From: Anaerolineales bacterium
GTDB taxonomy: Bacteria > Chloroflexota > Anaerolineae > Anaerolineales > UBA4823
Assembly: GCA_034436035.1 (NCBI GenBank)
Contig: DAOTVW010000195.1
Coordinates: forward strand, 1 to 53,854
Direction of reading: 5' to 3'
Length of the DNA: 53,854 nucleotides
Shown piece by piece: positions 35,833 to 44,522 of this stretch. Numbering within the stretch: position 1 is the first letter of the stretch; each line of letters opens with the position of its first letter. The notes under the pieces are model-generated. The model was given only the letters and a program-made list of their open reading frames with translations, did no database searches and had not been told where the DNA came from. The translations under genes were made by a program, and so were the position numbers.

Positions 35833-37119
35833 TTATCGTTTCACAGAATGACATTGGTGACAATAGTCAGAGGATTGATCCTGTCCACTTTGCGTGCAGC
35901 CGCTGCCCATGACCGGTTTGAATGTAAAATGGATTCCCGTTGCTTTTCCGATTAACTCGTAATTGCCATCTGGGAGTAGGCGTGTATTCCACAATGGTTC
36001 ACCTTTTTCGGTGATGATGATTGTATCTCCAATTTGAAGTTTGACGATTGGATTAACCAGCGCTAAGCGGAAAGCAATGTCATTCGGATCGGTAAGAGTT
36101 TTGGTCAATGGTAAAGTTGTAGGTGTGCCATGACAGGTGGAACAGCGGACATATTGGAATTCTTTCTGGTTTGGATGGAGGTCTCCGTCGCCCATGGCTT
36201 CGGTACGGGTATGGCAATCGATGCAGTCAAGTGTGTATTCGCATTGCGTGAATTGGGCAATGGGTTGGTAATAGTTATGCAAGCGGTCCATGGGATGATC
36301 GGTTCGTTCCTGAAAGGTCATACTGCGTAAGTCATAATTGCCGCGGTTGTGACAGGCATTACATTGTGTGTAGGGAATGGCGGTGGTGAGCTGGTGGACA
36401 AATTGACGGGGATTCTTTTCGTTGGTGAGGGTTGGCTGGTTGTGGCTGAGAGGAGTGTGGCAAGCGGCACAACCATTAAAGCGGGCATACGCTGCTCCCT
36501 CTGGGGCTTTGGACCACAAGTGACAGTTTAGGCAATTTTCGGCAAATTTCTGGATAGACGGATTACTATGATCGGCTTCTGAAAATGCCAGTAGAGATGT
36601 GATACCGGTTTTGGTGCTATTTTCGTCTTCGATGGTGGTGGTTGCGTAATGGGGAGTTAAATCTGCTTGAGCGCCGAAGGTGAACAGGACGCTGGTGATA
36701 GCGCCGGTATAGGTGGCTTGCAAGCTGGTTTTGACACGCTGGATATGATCACGCTGGTCAGCAGCACTGCCAGAATGACAGTTTTCTCCTCCGCAGGATT
36801 GTTCTACAACGGCTAAGTCCGAGGGATTATTGCCACCGCGCATGCTGGCGTGTGCTAGGTTCGCGTCCAATGCTAATCTTTCTCCGCCGTGGCAAATTAC
36901 ACAACCGAAGGTCTTTATGGGATGAGCAGGGCTAATTTCTGGCAAGTCAGCATGGCAGGTGAGACAATATTCGGTCTTGCCGGTCAGAGATGGGGTAAGG
37001 GCAATTGGGGTAGGCCGGCGGGATTCTTTCCACCAGCTGAGGGCTAAGGTGAGCAATAATAAACCACTCGCGGTTAGGATAAGGAAGTAGAAATTGGAAA
37101 TATTTGTTTTTCCCTTCAT
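35833..37119 (-). CDS. Membrane-anchored multihaem cytochrome c (8 CXXCH plus 1 CX4CH)
   Basis: 428 aa with an N-terminal TM helix. Motifs: CLTCH, CVICH, CGGENCH, CLNCH, CAACH, CNACH, CIDCH, CSTCH, CHQCH. Confidence 0.9.
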   Translation of the reverse strand: MKGKTNISNFYFLILTASGLLLLTLALSWWKESRRPTPIALTPSLTGKTEYCLTCHADLPEISPAHPIKTFGCVICHGGERLALDANLAHASMRGGNNPSDLAVVEQSCGGENCHSGSAADQRDHIQRVKTSLQATYTGAITSVLFTFGAQADLTPHYATTTIEDENSTKTGITSLLAFSEADHSNPSIQKFAENCLNCHLWSKAPEGAAYARFNGCAACHTPLSHNQPTLTNEKNPRQFVHQLTTAIPYTQCNACHNRGNYDLRSMTFQERTDHPMDRLHNYYQPIAQFTQCEYTLDCIDCHTRTEAMGDGDLHPNQKEFQYVRCSTCHGTPTTLPLTKTLTDPNDIAFRLALVNPIVKLQIGDTIIITEKGEPLWNTRLLPDGNYELIGKATGIHFTFKPVMGSGCTQSGQDQSSDYCHQCHSVKR

Positions 37120-38156
37120 GGTTTTGCTTTAGCGAGGAGGAATAACAGGGAAAGGGCTATCACCACGAAGCCAATCGTGGCAAGTAAAATCTGCGCGCCG
37201 CGGTTCGATTTGGGGAACCATCTTCCCAAATCCTGGACATTGGGTTGGGGGAAGATGTAGGGGATGCCGGTTATCAGTAATAGAAATAGCAAGGGAACGG
37301 TGATTCCCCATAAAAGAGGGTTGCCCCATTTGAGCATTTGCTGCACCCAGAGGAAGAACCAAGGCGCCTGCGCCTCTGCGTTTGGATTGGGTTTTCCAGT
37401 GATGGCTGGTGCAATCGGAGCGGGGAAAAACGTCGCTAATAAAATTAAGATACACCCGACTATCAACATTGCCAGCACTTCACGGCGCACCAACTCGAAG
37501 CGGTCGATGCGGGCAAGATCGGTTCGCAAAGAGGGAGGTGGAACAGCAATTCCTCCATCGCGGCGCACCCGAAAAATATGCCAGATGATTAGGATGATAA
37601 AGGCTAAACTTAAACCAAAGATATGCCAGGTGTAAAAACGCAGTAAGGCAGTAGCACAGGCTTGATCTCCGCCAATTGCTAATTTATAAAGAATATTACC
37701 AACCCAGGGGATGGTTTTAATCAGGTTGGTTCCGGTCAGTAGGGGCCAACAAATATCGATATCCCAGCGCAGAATATAGCCAGTGAAGTCAAAAAGGATA
37801 ACAAGGAGAAACAACCCCATCCCAAGCAGGTAATTGAAGCGGCGCGGTTTGGCATATGCCGCAGTAAATACGACGCGTACAAGATGTAAAACGCTGAATA
37901 AAACGAAGAGCTGAGCAGCCCAATAATGTAAGTTGCGGAGCAACCAGCCAAAGGGGACGTGATAGGTGATTGTTTGAACAGAAAGAGCAGCCTCTTCAGG
38001 GTTGGGGGCATAATAAAACATCTCCAAAATACCGGTGAAGCCCAATACGAGACTTAAGAAAACCGCGATTCCGCCTGCGCCTAAGGTATAACGCCAGCGT
38101 GCCTGAGCGGCCGGTATGGTGGGTGGATGTAGATGATGAAAAAAAGTAACCCGCAT
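37116..38156 (-). CDS. Cytochrome b of a Rieske/cyt b complex (b6-type His spacing, with an additional C-terminal membrane region, possibly subunit-IV-like)
   Basis: Helix B reads H-x13-H (HYWAAQLFVLFSVLH) and helix D reads H-x14-H (HIFGLSLAFIILIIWH). The stop overlaps the multihaem start (ATGA). The ATG at 38156 is preferred over the TTG at 38183, which sits inside a hairpin. Confidence 0.85.
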   Translation of the reverse strand: MRVTFFHHLHPPTIPAAQARWRYTLGAGGIAVFLSLVLGFTGILEMFYYAPNPEEAALSVQTITYHVPFGWLLRNLHYWAAQLFVLFSVLHLVRVVFTAAYAKPRRFNYLLGMGLFLLVILFDFTGYILRWDIDICWPLLTGTNLIKTIPWVGNILYKLAIGGDQACATALLRFYTWHIFGLSLAFIILIIWHIFRVRRDGGIAVPPPSLRTDLARIDRFELVRREVLAMLIVGCILILLATFFPAPIAPAITGKPNPNAEAQAPWFFLWVQQMLKWGNPLLWGITVPLLFLLLITGIPYIFPQPNVQDLGRWFPKSNRGAQILLATIGFVVIALSLLFLLAKAKP

Positions 38157-38170
38157 ACAAGGATTATAAT

Positions 38171-38202
38171 CAATCTCCCGCAAAACAGTTTGCGGGAGAT
38201 TG
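38171..38202 (-). promoter_or_regulatory. Perfect 14-bp stem/4-nt loop hairpin between the NrfD-type gene and cytochrome b
   Basis: CAATCTCCCGCAAA (38171-38184) pairs with TTTGCGGGAGATTG (38189-38202), loop ACAG. Confidence 0.6.
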
Positions 38203-38216
38203 TCATCTTGAGCATA

Positions 38217-39419
38217 TTAATCGCCGATTGAGGGTTCCATTACTTGGGATGGCGAAAATTTTTCTTCCGGTTTTTTCTCAACTCCCATTGTTTCAGAGAA
38301 AACGGGGAAGAAATGCGCCAATAAAGTATATACGAGCAATACACCTGAAAATACGCCGATAAGTAAAGATACTTCTATCCAAGAAGGAAAATAGGTCACT
38401 CCATTTAACGGTTTCAATGTAAACCAGCTGATGTCAAAGCGGTTTAATATCACGCCGATAGCTACGAAAGTGGCGGCGATTACAGAGCTTTGACGATTTG
38501 TGCGAACTTTTTTCATAGAAAAGAGAATTAACGGGATTATCACACCAATAACCATCTCTGTTAGATAAAGCACGCTGAAAATCCCGCTTGTAAATAAGAG
38601 ATTTAGCTCATGAGTGAATATCAATTCCCCAATTTTTATAATGAAGTAGAAACCAAGTAGCCAGGGCATTAATATCCCTAGTTTTTCGATGACTTTTTGG
38701 GGTAATGTTTTTCCATACATCCAGATACTTAAATAAGATCCGATGATGATGGTTGAGATACCGGCAAATAACGACGAGGTCAGGAAAAACTCCGGGGTCA
38801 AAATGCTGTACCATAATGGGTGAACCCGGGGTTTCATAATGACAAATAAAGCGCCCAGCGAAGATTGATGCATAGAGGAGAGAGTTATGCCGGCGATAAC
38901 AAATGGAATGGTTATTTTGGCAATAATGGAGAGCGCTTTTTGATTATTAAATCGTTCAAAAATAACTGGGCTAAATTCAAAGATCAGGATTGTGGTGTAA
39001 ATTGCTATGCACCAACTGACTTCGAAAAGGGCAGAGGTCAAATTTGGATATACTAAGAAATGCCAAAACCGATCAAAGCGTCCTAAATCAAAAAACAAAA
39101 TGACTAACACAGAAGAATAGCCCAGTAAACCAAACAAAACAGTTGGACGCATGGCTGCATGTAAATCGTGCTGATGAAAGATATAGACTAACGCTGCCAG
39201 TGTAAAAGCAGCCCCGGAAAATGCAACCATGGTGAGGTCAAAACTAATCCAGACACCCCAGGGGAAAACTGTGCTTAGATTGGTGGTTGCACCTAATCCC
39301 GCATACAACCGATATAGACCCGTGCTCATACCCAATGCGGTCAGAATGGCTAATATATAAGTAAATTTAGGTAATGAGCGAAGATCCTTTATTTCTTTAA
39401 TTTTTATTTGGATCGTCAT
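38217..39419 (-). CDS. NrfD/PsrC-type polytopic quinol-interacting membrane subunit
   Basis: 400 aa, multiple TM helices, the FPWGVWISFDL motif typical of NrfD-like proteins, and its position after the Mo and FeS subunits. Confidence 0.8.
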   Translation of the reverse strand: MTIQIKIKEIKDLRSLPKFTYILAILTALGMSTGLYRLYAGLGATTNLSTVFPWGVWISFDLTMVAFSGAAFTLAALVYIFHQHDLHAAMRPTVLFGLLGYSSVLVILFFDLGRFDRFWHFLVYPNLTSALFEVSWCIAIYTTILIFEFSPVIFERFNNQKALSIIAKITIPFVIAGITLSSMHQSSLGALFVIMKPRVHPLWYSILTPEFFLTSSLFAGISTIIIGSYLSIWMYGKTLPQKVIEKLGILMPWLLGFYFIIKIGELIFTHELNLLFTSGIFSVLYLTEMVIGVIIPLILFSMKKVRTNRQSSVIAATFVAIGVILNRFDISWFTLKPLNGVTYFPSWIEVSLLIGVFSGVLLVYTLLAHFFPVFSETMGVEKKPEEKFSPSQVMEPSIGD

Positions 39420-39422
39420 TAT

Positions 39423-40205
39423 CTACTCCTTCTCATGCGTAGATTCACTATGTTCGAGCTCTTCGATATGGTGAACTGGATTCTTCTTTTCAAGGTGTTC
39501 CAATGCAAGATAAATACCCGTCATTCCAGTCAATACACTACCAGCGATGATTGGTGTACCTTTTTCGGTAGTCATTCGATTGAATTCTGCTGGCGATTCG
39601 GTTAATTTTGTTGTAGGAAATCCGAGCTCTTCAAATGGAACCGGTGAAATATAAAAAGTGGAAGTGCCACCGTTTTCGTGTTCACCAAAAACATGGTTGA
39701 TATAACGGTTTGGTTCATTTTTTATTCGCTCATGGGCTAAGGCCAGCATATCATCCCGTTTTCCGAATTGGATGGCATCAGTTGGACAAGTGGCTGCACA
39801 AGCAGGTTCAGCTTGCCCTTCTTCCAAACGGTTTACACATAAATCACATTTATTGATTAAAGCAAGTTGCTTATCCCATTCAAAATGGGGGACTTCAAAT
39901 GGACACGCATACATACAATATCGGCAACCGATGCAGCGATCTTTATCGTAGGTGATAATACCATCTTTATTCATTTGAAGTGCACCTACGGTACAAGCAG
40001 ATACACAAGAGGGGTCGACACAGTGCATGCAGTGGTAAGGAGCAGTATAACGTTTAAGGTCGGGAAATTCACCTGTTACCCCGGTCTCTTTTATCCAAAT
40101 ACGCGTATGGGTCATCGGTACATTGTTTTCAGCACTACAAGCTACCAAACAAGCACGACAATCAATACAGCGCGAAGCGTCAATTAGAAATCCGTACTTA
40201 GCCAT
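39423..40205 (-). CDS. Four-cluster [4Fe-4S] ferredoxin subunit (PsrB/DmsB-type) with C-terminal TM helix
   Basis: CIDCRACLVAC, CMHCVDPSCVSAC, CIGCRYCMYAC and CDLCVNR...CAATC. Hydrophobic helix IIAGSVLTGMTGIYLAL near the C-terminus. Confidence 0.9.
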   Translation of the reverse strand: MAKYGFLIDASRCIDCRACLVACSAENNVPMTHTRIWIKETGVTGEFPDLKRYTAPYHCMHCVDPSCVSACTVGALQMNKDGIITYDKDRCIGCRYCMYACPFEVPHFEWDKQLALINKCDLCVNRLEEGQAEPACAATCPTDAIQFGKRDDMLALAHERIKNEPNRYINHVFGEHENGGTSTFYISPVPFEELGFPTTKLTESPAEFNRMTTEKGTPIIAGSVLTGMTGIYLALEHLEKKNPVHHIEELEHSESTHEKE

Positions 40206-40208
40206 AAT

Positions 40209-42434
40209 TTATTCTCCTAAATATAGCGGTTTGCGAGTTTTTTCTTGCGGCGCATCCGCTATCTTTGATACCGATACAAAAGTTTGGGTTAAAGCTTGAC
40301 TACCACTAACTGGGTCTGTATAAGAAACATGCAATACTGAATCGCTGGCACCTACTCCAAAAGCGGTCGTTAATCCTTTCGAGAGATGGCCATAGCCCGG
40401 AACGAGATATACACAATCCGGACGAATGGCTTCGGTTGCCAGCAAACGGATATGTACTTTTCCAACCTCGCTGGTCACTTCCACCCAATCCCCGTCTTTT
40501 AAACCTTGCTGGGCAGCAACTTTTGCGTTCATCCAAAGGCGTGGTTCGTCGGAGTACTTATGTAAGAGTTGATTGTTTTGGGTAGCAAATTGGGTTTGCT
40601 GGGCTACTTTGCCGGTGAGCAAATAGAATTGACCGGGAGCGGGTTGAGGGGGTTCCTCCCAGTTGGCACAGCCGGCAAAACCAGCCTTTTCTAAGCTATC
40701 CGAATAAAGCTCAATTTTTGTGCTGGCGGTATTCCACTTATACTCCGCACTTCCCTCATCGCCCTCCTCCGGCAGCTGGACATAGCCCTTAGCTTTGACT
40801 TCATCCAGACTCACGCCCAGTGGCGCCAGTTGTTGTTTGAGATAATCTTCTTCATCTTTATATTGGAAGTAATCCCCTAACCCTAACCGCTCGCCTAGAT
40901 TCTTGTAAATCCATAAAGCTGATTTGGCATCACCTTGCGGTTCGATGACGGGCTGGCGTAAAAAGGCTTTATCACCTACTGGCAGGAGTGGATCATATCG
41001 TTCTAAATAGCTGGCTTCGGGCAATACGACATCGGAGAACCAAGCGGTGTCATTGAGGAAAATGTCCACCGTGACAATGAAATCCATCTTACCAAAGGCT
41101 TCCAGCGTTTTATTGCGATCAGGCAGTGATAATATTGGATTTTGACGGGAGATAAACCAACCGTGAGGAGTATATGGATCTCCTTTCACAATGGCATCGC
41201 GCAGTTCCTGGAAGATACCGAGTTTCAATGGGACGAATGGGTATTTCCAAGGAACGCCATCAAGCCGCAGGGCGGAAACACGTGGGAAAGGTGGTTGGGG
41301 TGGAGCGCCCAGCGCGCCGCTTTCTTCGCCGCTTGAAGGGAACATGGTTGTACCCCAGTTACCCACGATGGCATTCAAGGCAGCAATGGCGCGTTCTGTA
41401 GCAAACGAGTTAACAAAATTGGAGGTTCGCCAGCCGTTGTGCGCTAAGGCATATTTACCTGCTGCCGCGAATTCACGGGCGATGCGGGTGATGGTATCAG
41501 CGGGGATACCGGTGATGGTAGAGGCCCATTCGGGAGGATATTTTTGAACTTCGCTTGCAAGTTTGTCGAAGCCAACTGTATATTGGTTTACAAAGTCCTG
41601 ATTGTAGAGGTTTTCAGAAATGATGACATGCAGCAGTGCTAAATGGAAGGCGAGATCGGTACCGGGTTTGATAGGCAGCCATTCCGTTGCTTTCGCAGCG
41701 GTCTTCGTGAAGCGGGGATCGAGATAAACCACTTTCACACCCCGATCAATGGCAAAGCTCAAGTCGTGGGTTTCAGAAGTGGAGATGGCTTCCATCAGGT
41801 TTCGCCCGGTAAGAATAATATATTTCACCTTATCATACGATCTTTCGGGTTCTTCCATGCCATACGTCATGATATTGGACACAATCATGGCATTGAAGCA
41901 GAGGGACCGCTGCGTGCCGTAATTCGGGGAGCCAAAAGCATAGAGCAGGTTTTCGAAAAGTGGTTGGCTGATATTATGGGTAGAGGAGAAAACCATTGCC
42001 TCTGGCCCATATTTTTGTTTGATGTCTAGCATCTTTTTTGACACCAAGTCAAGCGCCTCATCCCAGGTGGCTTTGCGGAACAAACCCTCGCCTCGTTTTC
42101 CCACACGGATCAGCGGTGTGAGAACCCGATCGGGATCATAGGTGTTCATCAAGCCAGATTGCCCGCGCGGACAAAGGTTGCCTTTTGAATGCGGGTGTTC
42201 CGGGTTACCATCCAATTTCACCACCCGACCGTTTTTTACTTTTGCAATTAAGCCGCAGCGCCAGACACACATTTCACACATGCTGGGGACAAATCCATCG
42301 CCCGCGGCATTGAGATAGCCCGATTGACGAGCTGCTTCGGCTACCATAGGAGGGAGCATTTGTCCTACCGCTAAAGCTGCTGTAAACGCTCCGCCTAATT
42401 TGAGAAATTCACGTCTTGATACAGTTGTTGTCAT
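40209..42434 (-). CDS. Tat-exported molybdopterin oxidoreductase catalytic subunit (DMSO-reductase family; PsrA/PhsA-like by size and context)
   Basis: SRREFLKLGG Tat motif. FS0 box CEMCVWRCG...C. About 740 aa. SD GGAGAG upstream of ATG 42434. Substrate cannot be assigned from the sequence alone. Confidence 0.85.
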   Translation of the reverse strand: MTTTVSRREFLKLGGAFTAALAVGQMLPPMVAEAARQSGYLNAAGDGFVPSMCEMCVWRCGLIAKVKNGRVVKLDGNPEHPHSKGNLCPRGQSGLMNTYDPDRVLTPLIRVGKRGEGLFRKATWDEALDLVSKKMLDIKQKYGPEAMVFSSTHNISQPLFENLLYAFGSPNYGTQRSLCFNAMIVSNIMTYGMEEPERSYDKVKYIILTGRNLMEAISTSETHDLSFAIDRGVKVVYLDPRFTKTAAKATEWLPIKPGTDLAFHLALLHVIISENLYNQDFVNQYTVGFDKLASEVQKYPPEWASTITGIPADTITRIAREFAAAGKYALAHNGWRTSNFVNSFATERAIAALNAIVGNWGTTMFPSSGEESGALGAPPQPPFPRVSALRLDGVPWKYPFVPLKLGIFQELRDAIVKGDPYTPHGWFISRQNPILSLPDRNKTLEAFGKMDFIVTVDIFLNDTAWFSDVVLPEASYLERYDPLLPVGDKAFLRQPVIEPQGDAKSALWIYKNLGERLGLGDYFQYKDEEDYLKQQLAPLGVSLDEVKAKGYVQLPEEGDEGSAEYKWNTASTKIELYSDSLEKAGFAGCANWEEPPQPAPGQFYLLTGKVAQQTQFATQNNQLLHKYSDEPRLWMNAKVAAQQGLKDGDWVEVTSEVGKVHIRLLATEAIRPDCVYLVPGYGHLSKGLTTAFGVGASDSVLHVSYTDPVSGSQALTQTFVSVSKIADAPQEKTRKPLYLGE

Positions 42435-42460
42435 ATTTCTCTCCACATCACACCATTGGT

Positions 42461-42519
42461 GTGGCTCATTCGAGTGGGCATTATCCACTCACAAATGAGC
42501 CACTTTTTATTTTATTTTT
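42461..42519 (+). terminator. Compound hairpin plus T tract, read as a plus-strand intrinsic terminator and so antisense to the surrounding operon
   Basis: The outer stem GTGGCTCATT (42461-42470) pairs with AATGAGCCAC (42494-42503). The inner stem is GAGTGG/CCACTC. TTTTTATTTTATTTTT follows on the plus strand. Confidence 0.45.
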
Positions 42520-43057
42520 CCTTGCGCTTTAATCCCGCTCGATCGATCAGATAGAACAAGAAGAGGGATATCAGCGCAAAGGTAAATACCGTTAAGTAAG
42601 GATTCAGATGCCAGAGATCTGGCAAAACTACATTTCCATAATTGGCGATCTTCGAGATGACCGGGAAGACCTGCTGATATGTCAAACCAAAAATCACTGC
42701 ACCGGTCAAGAAACCCAATAAACCAGGGATAAGATAATCAAGCTTTCCTTCGCCGGAACCGGCGACACAGGTGCCCGGGCAGTAACCGGTGAGTGCCATG
42801 CCAACGCCGAATATCAGCCCGCCGATCAAGTTGCCGGCGATATACGTAGCTGGTACGGTTGGGAAGGTGACCAGGCCAAGACCACGCAGGGTATAAAGGC
42901 CAGCCATGGAGACGACCAAAGCAGTCATCATGAATTGCAACACCGCCATATCAGTGAGACGAAAAACGTTGACAATTTTGTGATATTTGGTTAATCCGGC
43001 TTTGTTCAGCGAAAAGCCAAAGAACAAACCTAATAAAAGCATCATGATTGTGGACAT
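42512..43057 (-). CDS. YeeE/YedE-family sulfur-compound transport protein, half-size (second of pair)
   Basis: 181 aa, 4-5 TM helices, conserved Cys context LTGYCPGTCVAG. Confidence 0.8.
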   Translation of the reverse strand: MSTIMMLLLGLFFGFSLNKAGLTKYHKIVNVFRLTDMAVLQFMMTALVVSMAGLYTLRGLGLVTFPTVPATYIAGNLIGGLIFGVGMALTGYCPGTCVAGSGEGKLDYLIPGLLGFLTGAVIFGLTYQQVFPVISKIANYGNVVLPDLWHLNPYLTVFTFALISLFLFYLIDRAGLKRKEK

Positions 43058-43072
43058 CGTTTCTCCTTCTTG

Positions 43073-43618
43073 CTAAAAGCGATCGCGATAGATTACGAAA
43101 GCCGTGATAATACCGGAGATGAACATTCCGGCGATGAATAAGAACGCTGCCGGCGCCAGGAGCATACCGCCGGATATGGCTAATCCACTTGTGCAGCCAC
43201 CGGCAATCCCGGCCGCATATTCGAGGATGATGGCACCGATAAACCCGATTAGCCAGCGTTTCCAGGTTTGCGGTCCAAAGATTTGTTTCCATTGCGGGTC
43301 ACTGTTGGCGGCGTCTTTCTTGCCCCATTTGAGTGTTCCGCTTGTGGCTGCGCCAAGCATGCCGCCAAAGAAAACCCCCACCAGCAGGATGACATTGCTG
43401 GTGATGCCGGGCGGCATAATGAAATTGAAATACAGGTTGTCAAATAATTTCGGTGCAATGGCTTTTCCAATCAAGCCAGCCAGGTTCTCGAAAGCGCCGG
43501 AGGCTCCCAGTAGGCTATTGGTGAGCCACACTGCCAGGATACCAACGATGCCCAGCAGGATACCGGCGATATAAGGTGACCAGACTTCCTTGCGGATATA
43601 GTTCAAAATGAATTTCAT
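43073..43618 (-). CDS. YeeE/YedE-family sulfur-compound transport protein, half-size (first of pair)
   Basis: 181 aa, conserved Cys context IAGGCTSGLAISG. Confidence 0.8.
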   Translation of the reverse strand: MKFILNYIRKEVWSPYIAGILLGIVGILAVWLTNSLLGASGAFENLAGLIGKAIAPKLFDNLYFNFIMPPGITSNVILLVGVFFGGMLGAATSGTLKWGKKDAANSDPQWKQIFGPQTWKRWLIGFIGAIILEYAAGIAGGCTSGLAISGGMLLAPAAFLFIAGMFISGIITAFVIYRDRF

Positions 43619-43620
43619 GG

Positions 43621-44496
43621 CTATTCCTCTTTCTCTTCGGGGGATACAACTTCATCCAATAATTGGATTACTTTTTCAGCCTTCTTGGGATTGCTCAAGA
43701 TTTTCCGCAGCGTTTGGCGGGATTGCGGTTTGAGCTCGGTTAATTCAGGCAAAATATCCACCACGTCGGCAGGATATTCTCCTTCCACCGCTTTGGTGTC
43801 GCCAAATGAGATATTAATCCATTTCTCGTTGTGCAATACAAACACACCGCCGCCCACAAGGATTAAACCACTCAGCAATGCCAAAATAACATTTCCCCAG
43901 TTGACCGGTTTCTGGCCCAGGACGATTTCATTGTAGCGTTTGGTGTAATCCACTAAATTCGGGTCGTCGACCGCGATTGCAGGACTGGCAGGCTCATTAG
44001 CAACAGTTTGTGGGGCTGCTTGTCCGCTTGAGGTGCTTGCTGAAGGAGCACCTTCTGCTGGCGCTGCGGGTGCAGCGGTTGTTCCCGATGCAGCCGGCGC
44101 AGCGGGGGCGGCACCGCTTCCAATTTCGACGCCTAATTTGGTGGCATAGACCTGCGCACGTGCTTCTAAATCGTTGGGATGGCAGGATTGGCAGGAAGCT
44201 TTGATATCCGAGAGGGGCGGCACCATGCCATTATGGGCAGCGGTTTTATCGGTTGCTTGCTGATTGCCGCCGTGACAGATATAGCAAAAATCCCCAAATG
44301 CATGTGAAGTATGCCATGGGGTGCCATCGTTGTTGACCGGTTTCTGGCCCTGTACTTCGTGACAGTTCTTGCAGGAGGAAGCCTGAGAACCGCACTGCGC
44401 ATTGGCTGGAGGCGCCGTTCCCAGCCACAACGCGCTGGCAAGCACAAGCACCAGCCCGGCGAAGAGAAGGGAGATGATGGTGTTTTTCTGGATCAT
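43621..44496 (-). CDS. Trihaem cytochrome c with Ala/Pro-rich linker, C-terminal TM helix and charged tail
   Basis: Signal/anchor sequence, then CKNCH, CYICH and CQSCH. A low-complexity AAPAAPAASGTTAAPAAPAEGAP linker follows. TM helix VILALLSGLILVGGGVFVL. The tail ends EEKEE. Confidence 0.85.
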   Translation of the reverse strand: MIQKNTIISLLFAGLVLVLASALWLGTAPPANAQCGSQASSCKNCHEVQGQKPVNNDGTPWHTSHAFGDFCYICHGGNQQATDKTAAHNGMVPPLSDIKASCQSCHPNDLEARAQVYATKLGVEIGSGAAPAAPAASGTTAAPAAPAEGAPSASTSSGQAAPQTVANEPASPAIAVDDPNLVDYTKRYNEIVLGQKPVNWGNVILALLSGLILVGGGVFVLHNEKWINISFGDTKAVEGEYPADVVDILPELTELKPQSRQTLRKILSNPKKAEKVIQLLDEVVSPEEKEE

Positions 44497-44522
44497 TTCT
44501 TTCCTCGTAAGAGATATAGGAT

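Noticed and set aside
35417-42434. Alternative Complex III (ACIII) identity for the Mo/FeS/NrfD plus cytochrome genes
   Set aside because: In ACIII the Mo-like and FeS domains are fused in ActB. It also has two NrfD-type subunits (ActC, ActF), a pentahaem ActA and a monohaem ActE, and no Rieske/cyt b. Here the Mo and FeS subunits are separate, there is only one NrfD-type gene, and a true Rieske/cyt b pair is present.
40209-42434. Selenocysteine-containing molybdoenzyme
   Set aside because: The frame is uninterrupted, with no in-frame TGA. The candidate Mo ligand context is an ordinary Cys (RSLCFNA).
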